64,000 bases of DNA from an uncultured delta proteobacterium. GTDB taxonomy: Bacteria > Myxococcota > Myxococcia > Myxococcales > Myxococcaceae. Positions 37,055-51,490 of the stretch are shown here, piece after piece (position 1 is the stretch's first letter; every line of letters starts with the position of its first letter). The DNA lies in NCBI GenBank assembly GCA_963713045.1, contig CAVQKE010000004.1:928001-992000 (forward strand), written 5' to 3'. Below the pieces are notes generated by a model. That model saw only the letters and a program-made list of their open reading frames with translations. It did no database searches and was not told the origin of the DNA. The position numbers were made by a program, and so were the translations under genes.

Positions 37055-38761
37055 GTGCCCGGGCTTCTTTCACGCACACCGCTGCTGGGCCCGTGGATGC
37101 TTGCCCTCACGCTGCTCAGCCCTACACGCTCCGGCGCCGATGCCGATGCCGGGTCGACGCCGAACGCGACTTTACCGGCCGCGGCGACGCCCACTCTGGA
37201 GGCGCCGGCTGGCGCCTGGAAACGGGTGGATGTGCGGGCTGGCGAGCCGACGTTGCCCATCCGCCTGATGGAGGGCCAGCGGCAGGTGGATTTCGTCCCG
37301 CGTGGGCGCGTGCGCCTGGTGCTGCCTGGGCCGATAGAGACGACGGGCGAGGCGCCGGGCGGCGAGCTGCTTCGCGTCCGACTGGTTTCCGGCACGCCTG
37401 CGACGCTCAGCTTTCATCTCGAGCTTGCACAGCTGGCCTTCGCGGACAAGGCAGGCCTACAGGCTGAGCTGGACGCTTGGGCCAAGCGAGGCGTCCCGGT
37501 GCGAGTGCAGACGCTGGGCCAAGTCTATGGAATAGCCGGTAAGGTCATCGACAACCGGCGCTACTCCGTCCTCTCGGACGAGGGCATGTCGGAGGCGCAG
37601 GCCCGCACACGGCTTGCCGAAATTCTGCGTCAATGGGGCGTGCGCGCCAACCTCACCGAGGAAGTCCTCGTCCCAGCGCACGCCGTCTTGGAGGTGCACC
37701 AAGCCGACGGGACCCTCCTCGGGCGCGCGGTGGACAGGCTTCACGCTGAAACGCTGGACAACAGCGGCTTTGAAGTCCGCCGGGTGGAGCACGACGTCGG
37801 CTACCGCGCCCATGGGCTGGAGGACCGTAACTACCGAGGCGCCCTGGTGTTTACCGTGGACACGCGGGGCATGTTGGCGGTGGTGAACGAAGTGGCGCTG
37901 GAGGACCTTTTGAAAGGCCTGGTGCCTTCGGAGACGTTTGCCGCGGCGCCAATGGAGGCACTCAAAGCGCAGGCCGTCACCGCACGGGGCGAGGTGTTGG
38001 CCAAAGTGGGGACCCGGCACCTCTCGGACCCCTACCTGCTGTGCTCGGAACAACACTGCGCCGTCTACCGCGGCCGAAGCGGCGAGGCGCCGTCCACCAA
38101 TGCAGCGGTGGAGGCCACCCGCGGCCAAGCCCTCTTCAGCCCTCAGGGACGACTGGTGGACAGCGTCTACAGCGCGGTGTGCGGCGGCCACACCGAAGAC
38201 AACGAAGCGGTGTGGGGCGGGGTGCCAGACCCGAGCTTGCGCGGGCGGCCGGACTTGCTCGAGGCAGTGCCGGACTTGCCCTCGCCGCGCACCGACACCG
38301 CCGCCTTCCTCCGCGCCGAGCTTCCGGCGGCCTGCCGAAAAAGCCGCTTCGGGCAAGCCGGCCGCTACCGCTGGGAGCGGCGCTTCTCCGCTGCAGAATT
38401 GGACGCCCTGCTGGCACCGCTTGGCCTCGGCCCCATCCGGGCGCTCCGGGTGGTGGAGCGCGGCGTCTCGGGCCGGGCCTTGTTGCTCGCCATTTCCGGC
38501 GACCGCGGCGCCACGGAGCTGCGGGGCGAACTCACCATTCGACGCACCTTCGCCATGCTGAATAGCTCTCTCTTCGTCGTCTCCACTGAGCGCGATGCGG
38601 AGGGAAGCCCCACCGCTTGGGTGTTTCGCGGCGGCGGCTGGGGCCACGGCGTCGGCATGTGTCAAACCGGCGCCATCGGCCGCGCGGACGCGGGGGAGGA
38701 CTACCGCGCCATTCTCCGCTACTACTTCAACGGTGCCGAAGTCGCGAAAATCTACGAATAA
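37055..38761 (+). CDS. SpoIID/LytB domain protein (peptidoglycan lytic enzyme family)
   Basis: YRG..VVNEVALEDLLKGLVPSE..EALKAQAVTAR, CGGHTE, GGGWGHGVGMCQTGA..ILRYYF. Start is uncertain (37055 or 37097). Confidence 0.88.
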   Translation: MPGLLSRTPLLGPWMLALTLLSPTRSGADADAGSTPNATLPAAATPTLEAPAGAWKRVDVRAGEPTLPIRLMEGQRQVDFVPRGRVRLVLPGPIETTGEAPGGELLRVRLVSGTPATLSFHLELAQLAFADKAGLQAELDAWAKRGVPVRVQTLGQVYGIAGKVIDNRRYSVLSDEGMSEAQARTRLAEILRQWGVRANLTEEVLVPAHAVLEVHQADGTLLGRAVDRLHAETLDNSGFEVRRVEHDVGYRAHGLEDRNYRGALVFTVDTRGMLAVVNEVALEDLLKGLVPSETFAAAPMEALKAQAVTARGEVLAKVGTRHLSDPYLLCSEQHCAVYRGRSGEAPSTNAAVEATRGQALFSPQGRLVDSVYSAVCGGHTEDNEAVWGGVPDPSLRGRPDLLEAVPDLPSPRTDTAAFLRAELPAACRKSRFGQAGRYRWERRFSAAELDALLAPLGLGPIRALRVVERGVSGRALLLAISGDRGATELRGELTIRRTFAMLNSSLFVVSTERDAEGSPTAWVFRGGGWGHGVGMCQTGAIGRADAGEDYRAILRYYFNGAEVAKIYE

Positions 38762-38872
38762 ATGCAAGCTCTTGGCCGGGCTGGACGCCGGATGGCCCTC
38801 GGCGTTATGCGGCGTGCTCGGGTGGGGCCTCTGTAGCCACACACGCCCCAACATTAGAGTGTGCCTTTCACC

Positions 38873-40080
38873 ATGAAGAGTGTGGCTCCCCCCTACAACC
38901 GGCGAAGACGCGACGACCCGCGCCGAACGCTGGTGGCCTTTGCGGCGGCGGTGCTGTTGCACTTGCTGGTGGTGGGGTTGGTCCTCCTGCTCGACTTGGT
39001 CCATTTCCCGTGGATGGACCGTCCCCCGCCGCAGCAGGTGGAGTTGCGGCCACTGTCCCCGGAGCAGTGGGCGCGCAACCGCGGGGCATTGGCTCAGGAG
39101 ACTGGGCAGACGCGGCCTCCGGCGGCCCCCCGTCCGCCCGAGGAGAAGAAGGAGCAACCGCACGGGCAGGTGGTGGCCGTGGCGCCCGGCAACGAGCAGA
39201 AGCCGGAGGACAGCAAGTACTTGGCGGAGAAAAACAACCGCGTGGACAAGGAAACCAAGTCCCGCGTGCAGACGCCCTTCTACCGCAACGCCATGCCGCG
39301 GCAGACGGCCGAAAACCAGCGGGTGGACCTCGGGCATGACGCGGCCGCGCAAGCCCAGCTGTCGGGCAACAACGGCGCCGGACAGGATGACCGGCCGCGC
39401 GCCCAAGCGCAGAAAAAAGGCGTGATGGAGATACCGAAGACGACGGCCAGTGAGCGCATCGCGCTCAAGGCGCCCGAGACGCTGGGGCCGGGGGCGCAGG
39501 TCGCCAACCGCTCCGAGAGCGCCGAGGTGCAGGGCAACTCCAACCGCCTGAAAGTCTCCCCGGGCGAGGCCGGCGGCACCGGCGAGGACGCCTCCGACGG
39601 CAAGAAAGGACAAGTCGGAATCCTCAACCTGATGCCCAGTGCGGCAGCGCTCGACAAGATTATTGGCGCCGCCCCCAATGACCACCTCGACGCCGAGGAA
39701 GGAGACTCCACCTTCCTCAACACGCGGGAATTCAAATTCGCCACCTTCTTCAACCGCGTCAAGCAGGCCGTGGGGACGCACTGGAACCCCAACGAGCCGC
39801 TCCGCCAGCGCGACCCCACCGGCAACATCTATGGGGGCCGGGACCGCTACACCCTGCTCAGCATCACCCTGGACGCCCAAGGGGCGCTGCGCGAGGTGCA
39901 CGTGGAGAAGTCCTGCGGCATCGACTTCCTCGACGAGGCGGCCATTGCCGCCTTCCAACAGAGTCAGCCCTTCCCCAACCCTCCGGCGGGACTGGTGGAC
40001 AAGGACAACGCCATCCGCTTCCAGTTCGGCTTCTTCCTGGAATTCGGCGGCGGCCCGAGGATGCGCCTCTTCCGCAACAA

Positions 40081-40084
<4 letters not shown>
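38873..40084 (+). CDS. TonB/TolA C-terminal domain membrane protein
   Basis: N-terminal TM with AVLLH, long linker, C-terminal [31 protein letters not shown]. Confidence 0.82.
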
Positions 40085-42966
<2,882 letters not shown>

Positions 42967-43076
42967 CTAACAGTCCAGCCCGACGGTGCCCAGCCCCCAG
43001 CCGGCCGCTCCGGCCAAGTCTTCTCGCTCGCATGAGGTGGCCTCGGCCCTCAAGCGTGAAGAAGCAAGAAGGAGCG

Positions 43077-43469
43077 TCAGGCCGGACTGGAAGCGAGCAG
43101 CGTGTTGTAGGCGTCGGCGTCCATCAACGCGTCGAGGGCCGAAGGGTTGGAAGGCTCGACTTCGCAAATCCAGCCCTTGCCGTAGGGGTCCTGGTTGATG
43201 AGGGCGGGTTCGGCAGAGAGCGTTTCGTTGACGCTCACCACCTTGCCGTCCACTGGCGAGAAGAGCTCGCTGACGGCCTTGGTGGACTCAACCGTCCCGA
43301 AGCTGGAGCCAGCGACCAGCGACGCGCCCACCTTGGGCAAGTCGACGTACACCACGTCGCCGAGTGCCTCCTGGGCGTGGTCGGTTACGCCCACCACCAC
43401 CGTCTTTCCGGTCCGGCGGGCCCACTCGTGCTCTTTGGTGTAGCGGAGGTCCTTCGGGTTGTCGGCCAT
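43077..43469 (-). CDS. gcvH: Glycine cleavage system H protein
   Basis: YTKEHEW, LGDVVYV, lipoyl motif VESTKAVS, INQDPYGKGW. Confidence 0.97.
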   Translation of the reverse strand: MADNPKDLRYTKEHEWARRTGKTVVVGVTDHAQEALGDVVYVDLPKVGASLVAGSSFGTVESTKAVSELFSPVDGKVVSVNETLSAEPALINQDPYGKGWICEVEPSNPSALDALMDADAYNTLLASSPA

Positions 43470-43476
43470 GTGTCGG

Positions 43477-44559
43477 TCAGCTCCTGCGCCAAAACGGCGT
43501 CTTCACCACCTCGGCCTTCACCGGGCGGCCGCGAATTTCCACCTCCACCTGCGCCCCTTCACGGGCCAGGGCGAGGGGAAGGTAACCCATGCCAATGGCC
43601 TTCTTCACGCTCGGCCCCATGGTGCCGGAGGTCACCACGCCCACCGGCGAGCCCCCCTGCGACAGCGGATAGCCATGCCGGGGAATGCCCGGCTCACGCA
43701 TCTCAAAGCCGACCAGTTTCCTCGGCACACCAGCCTGTTTCTGGCGCTCCAGGGCCGAGCGCCCGAGGAAGTCCCCCTTGTCCCACTTCACAATCCACCC
43801 CAGGCCCGCCTCCAGGGGTGTGTGCACCTCATCAATGTCATTGCCGTAGAGGGCGTACTTCATTTCGGTGCGCAGGGTGTCGCGCGCCCCTAGGCCTGCC
43901 GGACGCAGGCCCTGCTTCGCCCCAGCCTCGAGAAGCGCGTTCCACAGCGTCACCGCGCGCCCCGGCGCGCAATACAACTCAAAGCCGTCCTCGCCAGTGT
44001 ACCCAGTGCGGGACACGACGCAGTCGACGCCGGCCACCGTGCCCTCGGCGAAGTGGTACGTCGCGATGGCCTCCAGCCGAAGCGGCGTCAGTCGCTGCAG
44101 AATGGCCGCGGCCTTCGGGCCCTGCAGGGCCAGCTGCGCGTAGTCATCGCCGCGGTCGACGGGTTTGAGGGCGCCGGCGTGTTCCGCCATCCACGCAAAG
44201 TCCTTCGCCCGGTTGCTGGCGTTGACACAGATGAGAATGCGTTCAGGCGAAAAACGGTAGGCCACCACATCGTCGACGAAGCCGCCGGCCGGGTTGAGCA
44301 GACCCGAATAGACGGCCTGGCCGTTGGCGACCCGGGCCAAGTCGTTGCTGAGCAGGCCGTTGGCTGCAGCCAGCGCCCCGGGGCCTCGAAACTCCACCTC
44401 CCCCATGTGCGACACGTCGAAGAGGCCGGCTGCGGTGCGGACCGCCTCGTGCTCGGCAATGATGGAAGTGTACTGGACCGGCATCTCCCAGCCTGCGAAG
44501 TCCACCAGTCGAGCACCCAGGGCGCGGTGAGCCTCGTAGAGCGGCGTCTGGCGTGCCAT
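43477..44559 (-). CDS. gcvT: Aminomethyltransferase, T protein
   Basis: [39 protein letters not shown]. Confidence 0.97.
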   Translation of the reverse strand: MARQTPLYEAHRALGARLVDFAGWEMPVQYTSIIAEHEAVRTAAGLFDVSHMGEVEFRGPGALAAANGLLSNDLARVANGQAVYSGLLNPAGGFVDDVVAYRFSPERILICVNASNRAKDFAWMAEHAGALKPVDRGDDYAQLALQGPKAAAILQRLTPLRLEAIATYHFAEGTVAGVDCVVSRTGYTGEDGFELYCAPGRAVTLWNALLEAGAKQGLRPAGLGARDTLRTEMKYALYGNDIDEVHTPLEAGLGWIVKWDKGDFLGRSALERQKQAGVPRKLVGFEMREPGIPRHGYPLSQGGSPVGVVTSGTMGPSVKKAIGMGYLPLALAREGAQVEVEIRGRPVKAEVVKTPFWRRS

Positions 44560-44637
44560 CGGGGCCAAGCAACATTCCAGAGCGGACCCTGGGATTCAAG
44601 GGCGTAGACTGCTTCTCCGGTAGCGTCCAGGCCGCAC

Positions 44638-45509
44638 ATGAAAATCCGAAACCGTCTCAACCCGTCTGACCCCTGCTTCTCCTTCGAGTTCTTCCCGCCG
44701 AAGACGGAGGAAGGACTGAAGAACCTCCTCCACACGCTCGACGACTTGGCGCCACTGCTTCCGGGCTTCGTCTCCGTCACGTACGGCGCCGGGGGAAGCA
44801 CTCGCACCCAGACGGTGGACTTGGTGAAGGCCATTCGCGCCCGCGGCATCGAAGCCATGGCGCACGTCACCTGTGTGGGGCATCCCCGCTCGGAGCTGGC
44901 GATTTTGTTGGACCAGCTGGCGTCCCATGGCGTGGAAAACGTCCTCGCGCTGCGCGGGGACCCGCCGCCGGAGACCGCACCTTCGTCCCGGTGCCGGACG
45001 GGTTCAGCTACGCCTCGGAGTTGGTGGGTTTCATCCGGGAGCATGACTTCGCCTTCTGCCTGGGGGGCGCCTGCTACCCAGAGGGCCACGTGGAGACAGT
45101 GTCCCGCGAGGACGACCTCCGCCACTTGAAGAAGAAGGTGGACGCGGGCCTCGACTTCCTGATTACCCAGCTCTTCTTCGACAACGCCTTCTATTTTGAC
45201 TTCGTCGAGCGCGCCCGGCGGCTGGGCGTCAACGTGCCCATTGTGCCGGGCATCATGCCCATCACCAACTTCGAGCAGGTGGAGCGCTTCACGCGAATGT
45301 GCGGGGCCACGGTGCCCATGCGCTTGCAACTCGCCCTGGAACGGGTGCGCCACGACGCGCAGGCCGTCATCCAACTGGGCGTGGCCCACGCCGTGCTCCA
45401 GTGCACGGAATTACTCCGGCGTGGCGTTCCAGGCATCCATTTTTACACGCTGAACCGCAGCCCGGCCTCCCGGATGATTGTCAGCGCGCTGCGTGCGCAG
45501 GACGGCTGA
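44638..45509 (+). CDS. metF: 5,10-methylenetetrahydrofolate reductase (one frameshift near 44971)
   Basis: SFEFFPPK, SVTYGAGG, LALRGDPP, then in another frame ACYPEGH, KKKVDAG, ITQLFF, HFYTLN. Confidence 0.92.
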
Positions 45510-45527
45510 GCGGCCCACGCCAGGGCA

Positions 45528-48314
45528 CTAGTTGGCGGCCGAGTGCGATTCCTTGGACGGCCGACTCAGGGTGGCGGTGATGCTCGGCGCTTGGACCGCG
45601 CGGGCGGCAATGCACAAATCGATGGCCTCCAGCACCTGCGCCAGGACGCGGCGTCCACCAAGCGTCTTGGGTGCCCGGGGCCCGAAGGCCGCGTCCACCT
45701 GCTGGCGGTGGTTCGCGTCGCAGAAGGAAGCGCCGGTGAGGAACAGCGCTGAGATGGTGGCTTGGGGAATTCCTTGGGTGAATCGGTCGAAGTCTTGACT
45801 GACGGCGTGGAAAACCGCTTCCCGGGCTTGAAGGGAGCTCATCTTCGCCTGCTGACCTTCCTCTCTTGCTCGCCCTCCGATGGCCAGCAACAGCCGACTC
45901 AGCTCGCGGCGGTCCACTGGAGCGGCCTCCACCAGGGCCATGTTCGCCTGCACCAGTGCTGGGTCTTGAAAGGCGGCGAGGCCGAGGACGAGGCGTGCGC
46001 GCAGGGCCCGGTCGGGAGTCGTCTTCAGCCGTTCCACCAGCTGGGCATGCAGCGTCGCATCTCCGAAGTAGCCGGCGATGGTCAGCGCGCTGACCACCAT
46101 GTCCTGGTCGACCGAGCTTGGGTCCTTGAGCCAGCGCTGCGTCATAGAGCGCGCCGCTTCAATCAGTGTGTGGTCCTCCCCGCTGATGGCCACGAAGAGC
46201 ACCAGGCGCGGGCGCAAGAGCCGCGTTTGGTCGGCCTCGCCGGGCTTGCCTTCCATCCCCAGGGCGCGCGCTGAAGCGCCGAAGTGCTGCCGGACCCAGG
46301 CCGCGTAGGGCTTTCGCATTGCGGGGTCCACAAAGTCGAAGCGGACGCGCGCCAACTCAATGGCTTGGGAGGTGACTTCGGGCTTGTGGACGTCCACCAG
46401 GCGGGTGGCTAAGTCCATCCCCGCGCCTTGCGGAAAGCGCCCGGCGGCCACCAGCGCGTCGACGTCCATCAGCAGTCCGACGGTTTCGGTGATGGTTAAC
46501 GAGCTGGCATCGCGCGTCACCAGGTTTCGCAACAGGCTCCCCTCGAGGTTGAGTCGGTAGTAGCCCCGGTAACCGGCATTGGGCAGCACCCAGGCAGGGC
46601 AGGCCGTCCCGCCAAGCAGCAGCTGGCCGGTGGCGTCCTTCAACAAAGTACAGGCACGGCGCTCGGTTCCGCCGCTTGCCCAACGGGTGCAGATGGGCAC
46701 CTGCCACAGGGTGTCACTGGTCCCCGTGGTGCCGACCGGAAGCAGGCGCTTCTGCTGGAGGGACAACGCGGCTTCCCCGCCCTTCGGACAGAGTAGTCGC
46801 ACGCTGATTTCGGGAATGCCCGGCTGGTCGAGGAAGGTGCTGAAGGCCGGCGCCACGTCCTGGCCGGTGGCTTCGGAGAGGGCGGCCAGGAAATTCGTGG
46901 CGGTGGCGTTTCCGTAGGCATAGCGGCTGAGGTACAGCTGGACGCCACTTCGAAATTTTTCCGGCCCGAGGTAGGACTCGAACATGCCGAGGACCGCGGC
47001 ACCCTTCTGGTAGGTGATGCCATCGAAGGCGTTGGCGATGTCGTCGTAACTGAGAATCGGCTGTCGGATGGTCCGGGCGCTGACCAGCGTGTCCTGGTTC
47101 GCGACGCGACTGCGGCTGCGGAGGTCCGACACCTGTGTCCACCAAGCCGGAGCCCAGCTGTCTATGGTCTTCTCTCCCATCCAAGTGGCGAAGGCCTCGT
47201 TGAGCCAGATGTCGTCCCACCAGCTCAGCGTCACCAAGTCGCCAAACCACTGGTGCGCGAATTCGTGGGCCAAGACTGCCGCCGTGCGGCGCCGGGACTG
47301 GAGATTGTCAGCTTCTGCGCGGCTGAGCAGGGAAGTTGCTGAAAACGTCACCAAGCCAGCGTTCTCCATGGCGCTGAAGTGCACGGTCAGCGGGATGACC
47401 AGCAGGTCGAGCTTCTCGAAGGGATAGGGCCGGGCGAAGTACGCCTCCAGGGTTTCGAGAATTTCCGGGGCGGTCCGCACGGCATAAGCCGCCTCATCGG
47501 CGCGGCCCCTGGGCGTGTAAATGCGCATCGGGACTCGATTCTTACCGGCCGGCCGCGCGTCGACGAAGTCGTAGGGCCCAACCGCAAACGCCACCAGGTA
47601 GGCCGGCAATGGCTTGGTGCGCGAGAACCGCACGCGCTTCATCCCCTCTCCGGCCGATTCTTCAGAAGCGATGGGTGTGTTGGAAACGGCGGTCAACTCC
47701 TTCGGGACGACCAGTGTCAGCTCCCAAGGAATTTTGGCGTCCGGCTCATCGACGCAAGGGAAGGCGCGACGCGCATCCGTTTCCTCGAACTGGGACGTCA
47801 CATACCAATCCCCGCCCTCCTTCTCCCGGAAGATGCCGTAGTCATCCGTCCCGGAAATGACGCCGGTGAAGGTCAGCTTGAGGGTGGTGCGTCCCGCCGG
47901 CAGAACCTGAGGGAACCGCAACGCCACGCGCTCCGGGGAGACGAAGACGCGCGCCTGCACCTCGGCATCCCCCACACGGGCTGAGGCCGACTGCAGGCTG
48001 AGGGCCCGAGCGTTGAGCCACAGCGTGTCGCTGGGCGTCTGGACGTCCACCTCCAGCTCGGTGGTGCCAGAAAAGCGTTCCGCCGAGGGGAGAATGGTCA
48101 GCTCGACGCGTTGAGCGAGCGGCTTCAGGCCGGTCGGCAGCCGCATTCCCGTCGGCGGCTGGGGGGCCACCACCACGCCGGGGGTGGGCGGATTGGCAGT
48201 GGACGCCGCCGGCTGGGCCGGCGGAGTGGCGCAAGCCAGGGCCGACGCCAGCAAGGAGAGATGCCAGCCGTGCAAGAGAAAAAACTGGGGGGAGGGGGAC
48301 GGCTGCCGTGTCAT
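45528..48314 (-). CDS. M1 family aminopeptidase, probable lipoprotein with ERAP1-like C-terminus
   Basis: LAC lipobox, QFEETDARRAFPCVDEP, SAMEN, HEFAHQW..WLNEAFA, YQKG. Confidence 0.92.
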   Translation of the reverse strand: MTRQPSPSPQFFLLHGWHLSLLASALACATPPAQPAASTANPPTPGVVVAPQPPTGMRLPTGLKPLAQRVELTILPSAERFSGTTELEVDVQTPSDTLWLNARALSLQSASARVGDAEVQARVFVSPERVALRFPQVLPAGRTTLKLTFTGVISGTDDYGIFREKEGGDWYVTSQFEETDARRAFPCVDEPDAKIPWELTLVVPKELTAVSNTPIASEESAGEGMKRVRFSRTKPLPAYLVAFAVGPYDFVDARPAGKNRVPMRIYTPRGRADEAAYAVRTAPEILETLEAYFARPYPFEKLDLLVIPLTVHFSAMENAGLVTFSATSLLSRAEADNLQSRRRTAAVLAHEFAHQWFGDLVTLSWWDDIWLNEAFATWMGEKTIDSWAPAWWTQVSDLRSRSRVANQDTLVSARTIRQPILSYDDIANAFDGITYQKGAAVLGMFESYLGPEKFRSGVQLYLSRYAYGNATATNFLAALSEATGQDVAPAFSTFLDQPGIPEISVRLLCPKGGEAALSLQQKRLLPVGTTGTSDTLWQVPICTRWASGGTERRACTLLKDATGQLLLGGTACPAWVLPNAGYRGYYRLNLEGSLLRNLVTRDASSLTITETVGLLMDVDALVAAGRFPQGAGMDLATRLVDVHKPEVTSQAIELARVRFDFVDPAMRKPYAAWVRQHFGASARALGMEGKPGEADQTRLLRPRLVLFVAISGEDHTLIEAARSMTQRWLKDPSSVDQDMVVSALTIAGYFGDATLHAQLVERLKTTPDRALRARLVLGLAAFQDPALVQANMALVEAAPVDRRELSRLLLAIGGRAREEGQQAKMSSLQAREAVFHAVSQDFDRFTQGIPQATISALFLTGASFCDANHRQQVDAAFGPRAPKTLGGRRVLAQVLEAIDLCIAARAVQAPSITATLSRPSKESHSAAN

Positions 48315-48420
48315 GCCCCGCGCGCTTACCTCAGCGGACGCTGAAAAAGCGAGGCGGGAGGGGCTGCGGAGGTTGGGACGCGGGGAGCCCTCGGGCCCGG
48401 GGGTGTCAAAAGAAGCGCCG

Positions 48421-49278
48421 TTAGCGCTGCGCGGGCAGTGTCCGCTGGGCATTCTTCAGCGCATTCTTCATCAGCATGGCGATGGTCATCGGCCCCACCC
48501 CGCCGGGCACGGGGGTGATGGCTGACGCCCGCTGGGCGGCGGCGGCAAATTCGACGTCGCCCACCAGCTTCCCGTCCGGAAGTCGGTTCATCCCGACGTC
48601 GATGACCACCGCCCCGGGCCGAATCCACGCCCCCTTCACCAATTCCGGGACGCCCGCTGCGACCACCACCAGTTCGCCCCGGGCCACTTCCTCGGCCAGA
48701 TTGCTCTTCCGGTGGCAGATGGTGACGGTGGCGCTGGCATTCACCAGCATGAGAGCCATCGGTCGGCCGACGAGGATGCTCCGCCCCACCACCACCGCCC
48801 GCTTGCCCATCGGGTTGAAGCCAATCTCCTCGAGCATTCTCATCACGCCCCACGGGGTGCAGGGGAGCGTCGCCTCCCGGCCCTGGGCCAGAAGCCCAGC
48901 ATTGACGGGCTGCAGCCCGTCGGCGTCCTTGTCTGGGCGAAGCGCAGCGAGCAAGGCCTCGGCATCTATCTGCTTCGGCACCGGAAGCTGGACCAGGATG
49001 CCGTGAATGGCCGGGTCGGCGTTGAGGCCTTCCAGCTGCTCCAGCGCTCGCTGTTGGCTGACGTCTTCTGGGAGGTGCACTTCAAGGGCGTGAAAGCCCA
49101 GCTCGCCGGCCACCTTTCGCTTGCTGGTGACGTAGATTTTGCTCGCCGGGTCCTCCCCAATCCGCATCACCGCCAAGCCGGGGACGAGGCCGTGTTTCGC
49201 CTTCATCTCCGCCACATCCTTGGCCACCTCGGCGCGGACTTTGGCGGCGATGGCTTTTCCGTCGATGAGAGTCGCCAT
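48421..49278 (-). CDS. folD: Methylenetetrahydrofolate dehydrogenase/cyclohydrolase
   Basis: [44 protein letters not shown]. Confidence 0.96.
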   Translation of the reverse strand: MATLIDGKAIAAKVRAEVAKDVAEMKAKHGLVPGLAVMRIGEDPASKIYVTSKRKVAGELGFHALEVHLPEDVSQQRALEQLEGLNADPAIHGILVQLPVPKQIDAEALLAALRPDKDADGLQPVNAGLLAQGREATLPCTPWGVMRMLEEIGFNPMGKRAVVVGRSILVGRPMALMLVNASATVTICHRKSNLAEEVARGELVVVAAGVPELVKGAWIRPGAVVIDVGMNRLPDGKLVGDVEFAAAAQRASAITPVPGGVGPMTIAMLMKNALKNAQRTLPAQR

Positions 49279-49335
49279 GTCGAGGAACGGCACTCTAGCC
49301 GACTGCACCGCCGCTCGCGTACCGTGTGCACCGAC

Positions 49336-50331
49336 ATGGCCCCGCGAGACCTCATCGACCTGCACATCCACGTGGGCGGTGCAGTCGCCCCGCACGTGCT
49401 GTGGTCCATCGCCCATGCCCAGGGCTTCAAGCTGCCGACGAAGAATTACTTCGAATTCGTCGAGCTGATTACCGCCCGCGCCGACAAGGTGGCCAGCCTG
49501 GACGACTACCTGGCCATTATGCACACCTGGACCGAGAAAATTCAGAGCTCCCCGATGGCCATGGAGCGCAGCATTTACGAGGTTTTCGGAAAAGAATACC
49601 GCGGGAGCCGAGTCAGTCAGATGGAGCTTCGCTTCAACCCGATGAAGCGGAACCTCCATGCCGAGCTGGACTTGGACCACATCATCCACGCCTCGCTGCG
49701 CGGAATGGACCGGGCGGTCTTGGAATATGGCGTGAAGGGGGGCCTCATCTTTTGTCTGGCCCGTGAGTTCGACCCCGCGCTGAATGCCATCATCGTCGAG
49801 AAGGCCATCCGTTACGCCCACCGCGGCGTGGTGGGCATTGACTTGGCCGGGACGGAGAATGAGGCGCTGGAAAAGGACCGCACGCAGCTGGACCGCTACA
49901 GCGAACTTTTCTCGCGGGCGCGAGCCGCGGGCCTGAAGACCACGGTCCATACCGGGGAGACCGCCGGCACCGGCGCCGAAGGGGTGATGGCGGTGGTGGA
50001 GCGCCTCAAACCCAACCGCATTGGCCATGGGATTCGCGCCGCTTACGACGAGTCGGCGATGCGGGCGCTGCGCGAGCAGGGCGTGGTGCTCGAGCTGTGC
50101 CCGACGTCCAACCTGCACACCCATGCCGTCTCGGGCGTCGACGAATTGCGCCACATTGTGCAGACCCTGCTGGACCGTCGGGTGAAGGTGACACTGAATA
50201 CCGATGGGCCCTACCTGTTGGAGACTGACATGCAGTCCGAGGTCCAGCTGGTGGAGAAGCACGGTGTCATGACGCCGGCACAGGTGGACCAAGCCCTGGC
50301 CACCGCCCGGGAGGCGTCCTTCATCCGCTAG
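49336..50331 (+). CDS. Adenosine deaminase family protein
   Basis: [41 protein letters not shown]. Confidence 0.9.
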   Translation: MAPRDLIDLHIHVGGAVAPHVLWSIAHAQGFKLPTKNYFEFVELITARADKVASLDDYLAIMHTWTEKIQSSPMAMERSIYEVFGKEYRGSRVSQMELRFNPMKRNLHAELDLDHIIHASLRGMDRAVLEYGVKGGLIFCLAREFDPALNAIIVEKAIRYAHRGVVGIDLAGTENEALEKDRTQLDRYSELFSRARAAGLKTTVHTGETAGTGAEGVMAVVERLKPNRIGHGIRAAYDESAMRALREQGVVLELCPTSNLHTHAVSGVDELRHIVQTLLDRRVKVTLNTDGPYLLETDMQSEVQLVEKHGVMTPAQVDQALATAREASFIR

Positions 50332-50339
50332 CCCGCTCC

Positions 50340-51431
50340 TTGTACCGCTTCCTCCGACCCCTCCTCTTCCTGCTGCCGCCCGAGCGCGCCCACGCCCTCG
50401 GCATGGCGTTGCTGGCGCTGCTCAGCCGCTGGCCTTCCTGGTGCCGGCGCACCCGCGCGCGCGCGCTTCGCACACGGGGGGGCACGGCGGCCGTCGACTT
50501 GCGGCTGCGGAGCGCTGGCCTGGAGTTGGCGCACCCGCTGGCCCTGGCCGCCGGGCTGGACAAGGACGGGCATGCGGTGTCCGGTCTGTTCGCCCTTGGT
50601 TTCGCCGCGGTGGAGGTGGGGACCGTCACCCCGAGGCCCCAGTCCGGCAACCCCGCGCCCCGCCTTTTCCGCCTCCCGGAATATGGGGCCCTCATCAACC
50701 GGCTGGGTTTCAACAGCGCCGGCGCCGAGGCGGCCGCCGCGTCCCTGCGCGCGGCGCAATGGCGGCCGGGGCCGCTGGGCATCAACATTGGGAAAAACAA
50801 GGAGACACCCCTGGAGGACGCAGCGGAGGATTACCTGGCCTGCGTCAGCCGCCTGGCCCCCGATGCGGACTACCTGGTGGTGAATGCCAGCAGCCCCAAC
50901 ACCCCGCTGCTGCGAGAGTTGCAGCAGCCGGAGCTGCTGGCCGCGCTCCTCGGTGCCGTCCGCAGCCGAATGGACGCAGTGGCTCCCGGCCGGCCGCTGT
51001 TTCTGAAGGTGTCCCCGGACTTGACGCCGGAGGCGGTGGACGCGGTGGTGGACGTCGCCCTGGAGGCTGGAGCCTCGGGACTGATTGCCACCAACACCAC
51101 CATCACCCGCCCCTTTGCCCACCGGTGGGCTTCCCAGGAGGGCGGCCTTTCCGGGCGGCCGTTGCGGGGACTGGCGATGGAGACATTGCGGCGGGCGGCG
51201 CGACGCGCCAACGGGCGCTTGGCGCTGTGGGGTGCGGGCGGGGTGGCCACGCCGCAGGACGTCTATGAAAGGCTGCGCGCCGGGGCCTCGGTGGTGCAGC
51301 TGTACACGGCGCTGGTGTACCAGGGCCCAGGCTTGGTGCATCAGTTGCTGGAAGGGCTGCGGGCGTTGCTTCGGCGGGACGGCTTCCGCCGAGTGGAGGA
51401 CGCCCTTGGCGCGGACGTCCGCGGCGAGTGA
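50340..51431 (+). CDS. pyrD: Quinone-dependent dihydroorotate dehydrogenase
   Basis: [52 protein letters not shown]. Confidence 0.95.
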   Translation: MYRFLRPLLFLLPPERAHALGMALLALLSRWPSWCRRTRARALRTRGGTAAVDLRLRSAGLELAHPLALAAGLDKDGHAVSGLFALGFAAVEVGTVTPRPQSGNPAPRLFRLPEYGALINRLGFNSAGAEAAAASLRAAQWRPGPLGINIGKNKETPLEDAAEDYLACVSRLAPDADYLVVNASSPNTPLLRELQQPELLAALLGAVRSRMDAVAPGRPLFLKVSPDLTPEAVDAVVDVALEAGASGLIATNTTITRPFAHRWASQEGGLSGRPLRGLAMETLRRAARRANGRLALWGAGGVATPQDVYERLRAGASVVQLYTALVYQGPGLVHQLLEGLRALLRRDGFRRVEDALGADVRGE

Positions 51432-51490
51432 CGCGGGATGGGAAGACCGCTGCGTCAGAAGGGGCTGCCTCCCGAATTGGCGCGGCGCCC

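Noticed and set aside
44940..45129. metF split into two genes or programmed frameshift
   Set aside because: A single missing base at CCG-GAG-ACC, both halves are intact and there is no slippery site. Similar errors occur elsewhere in the window.
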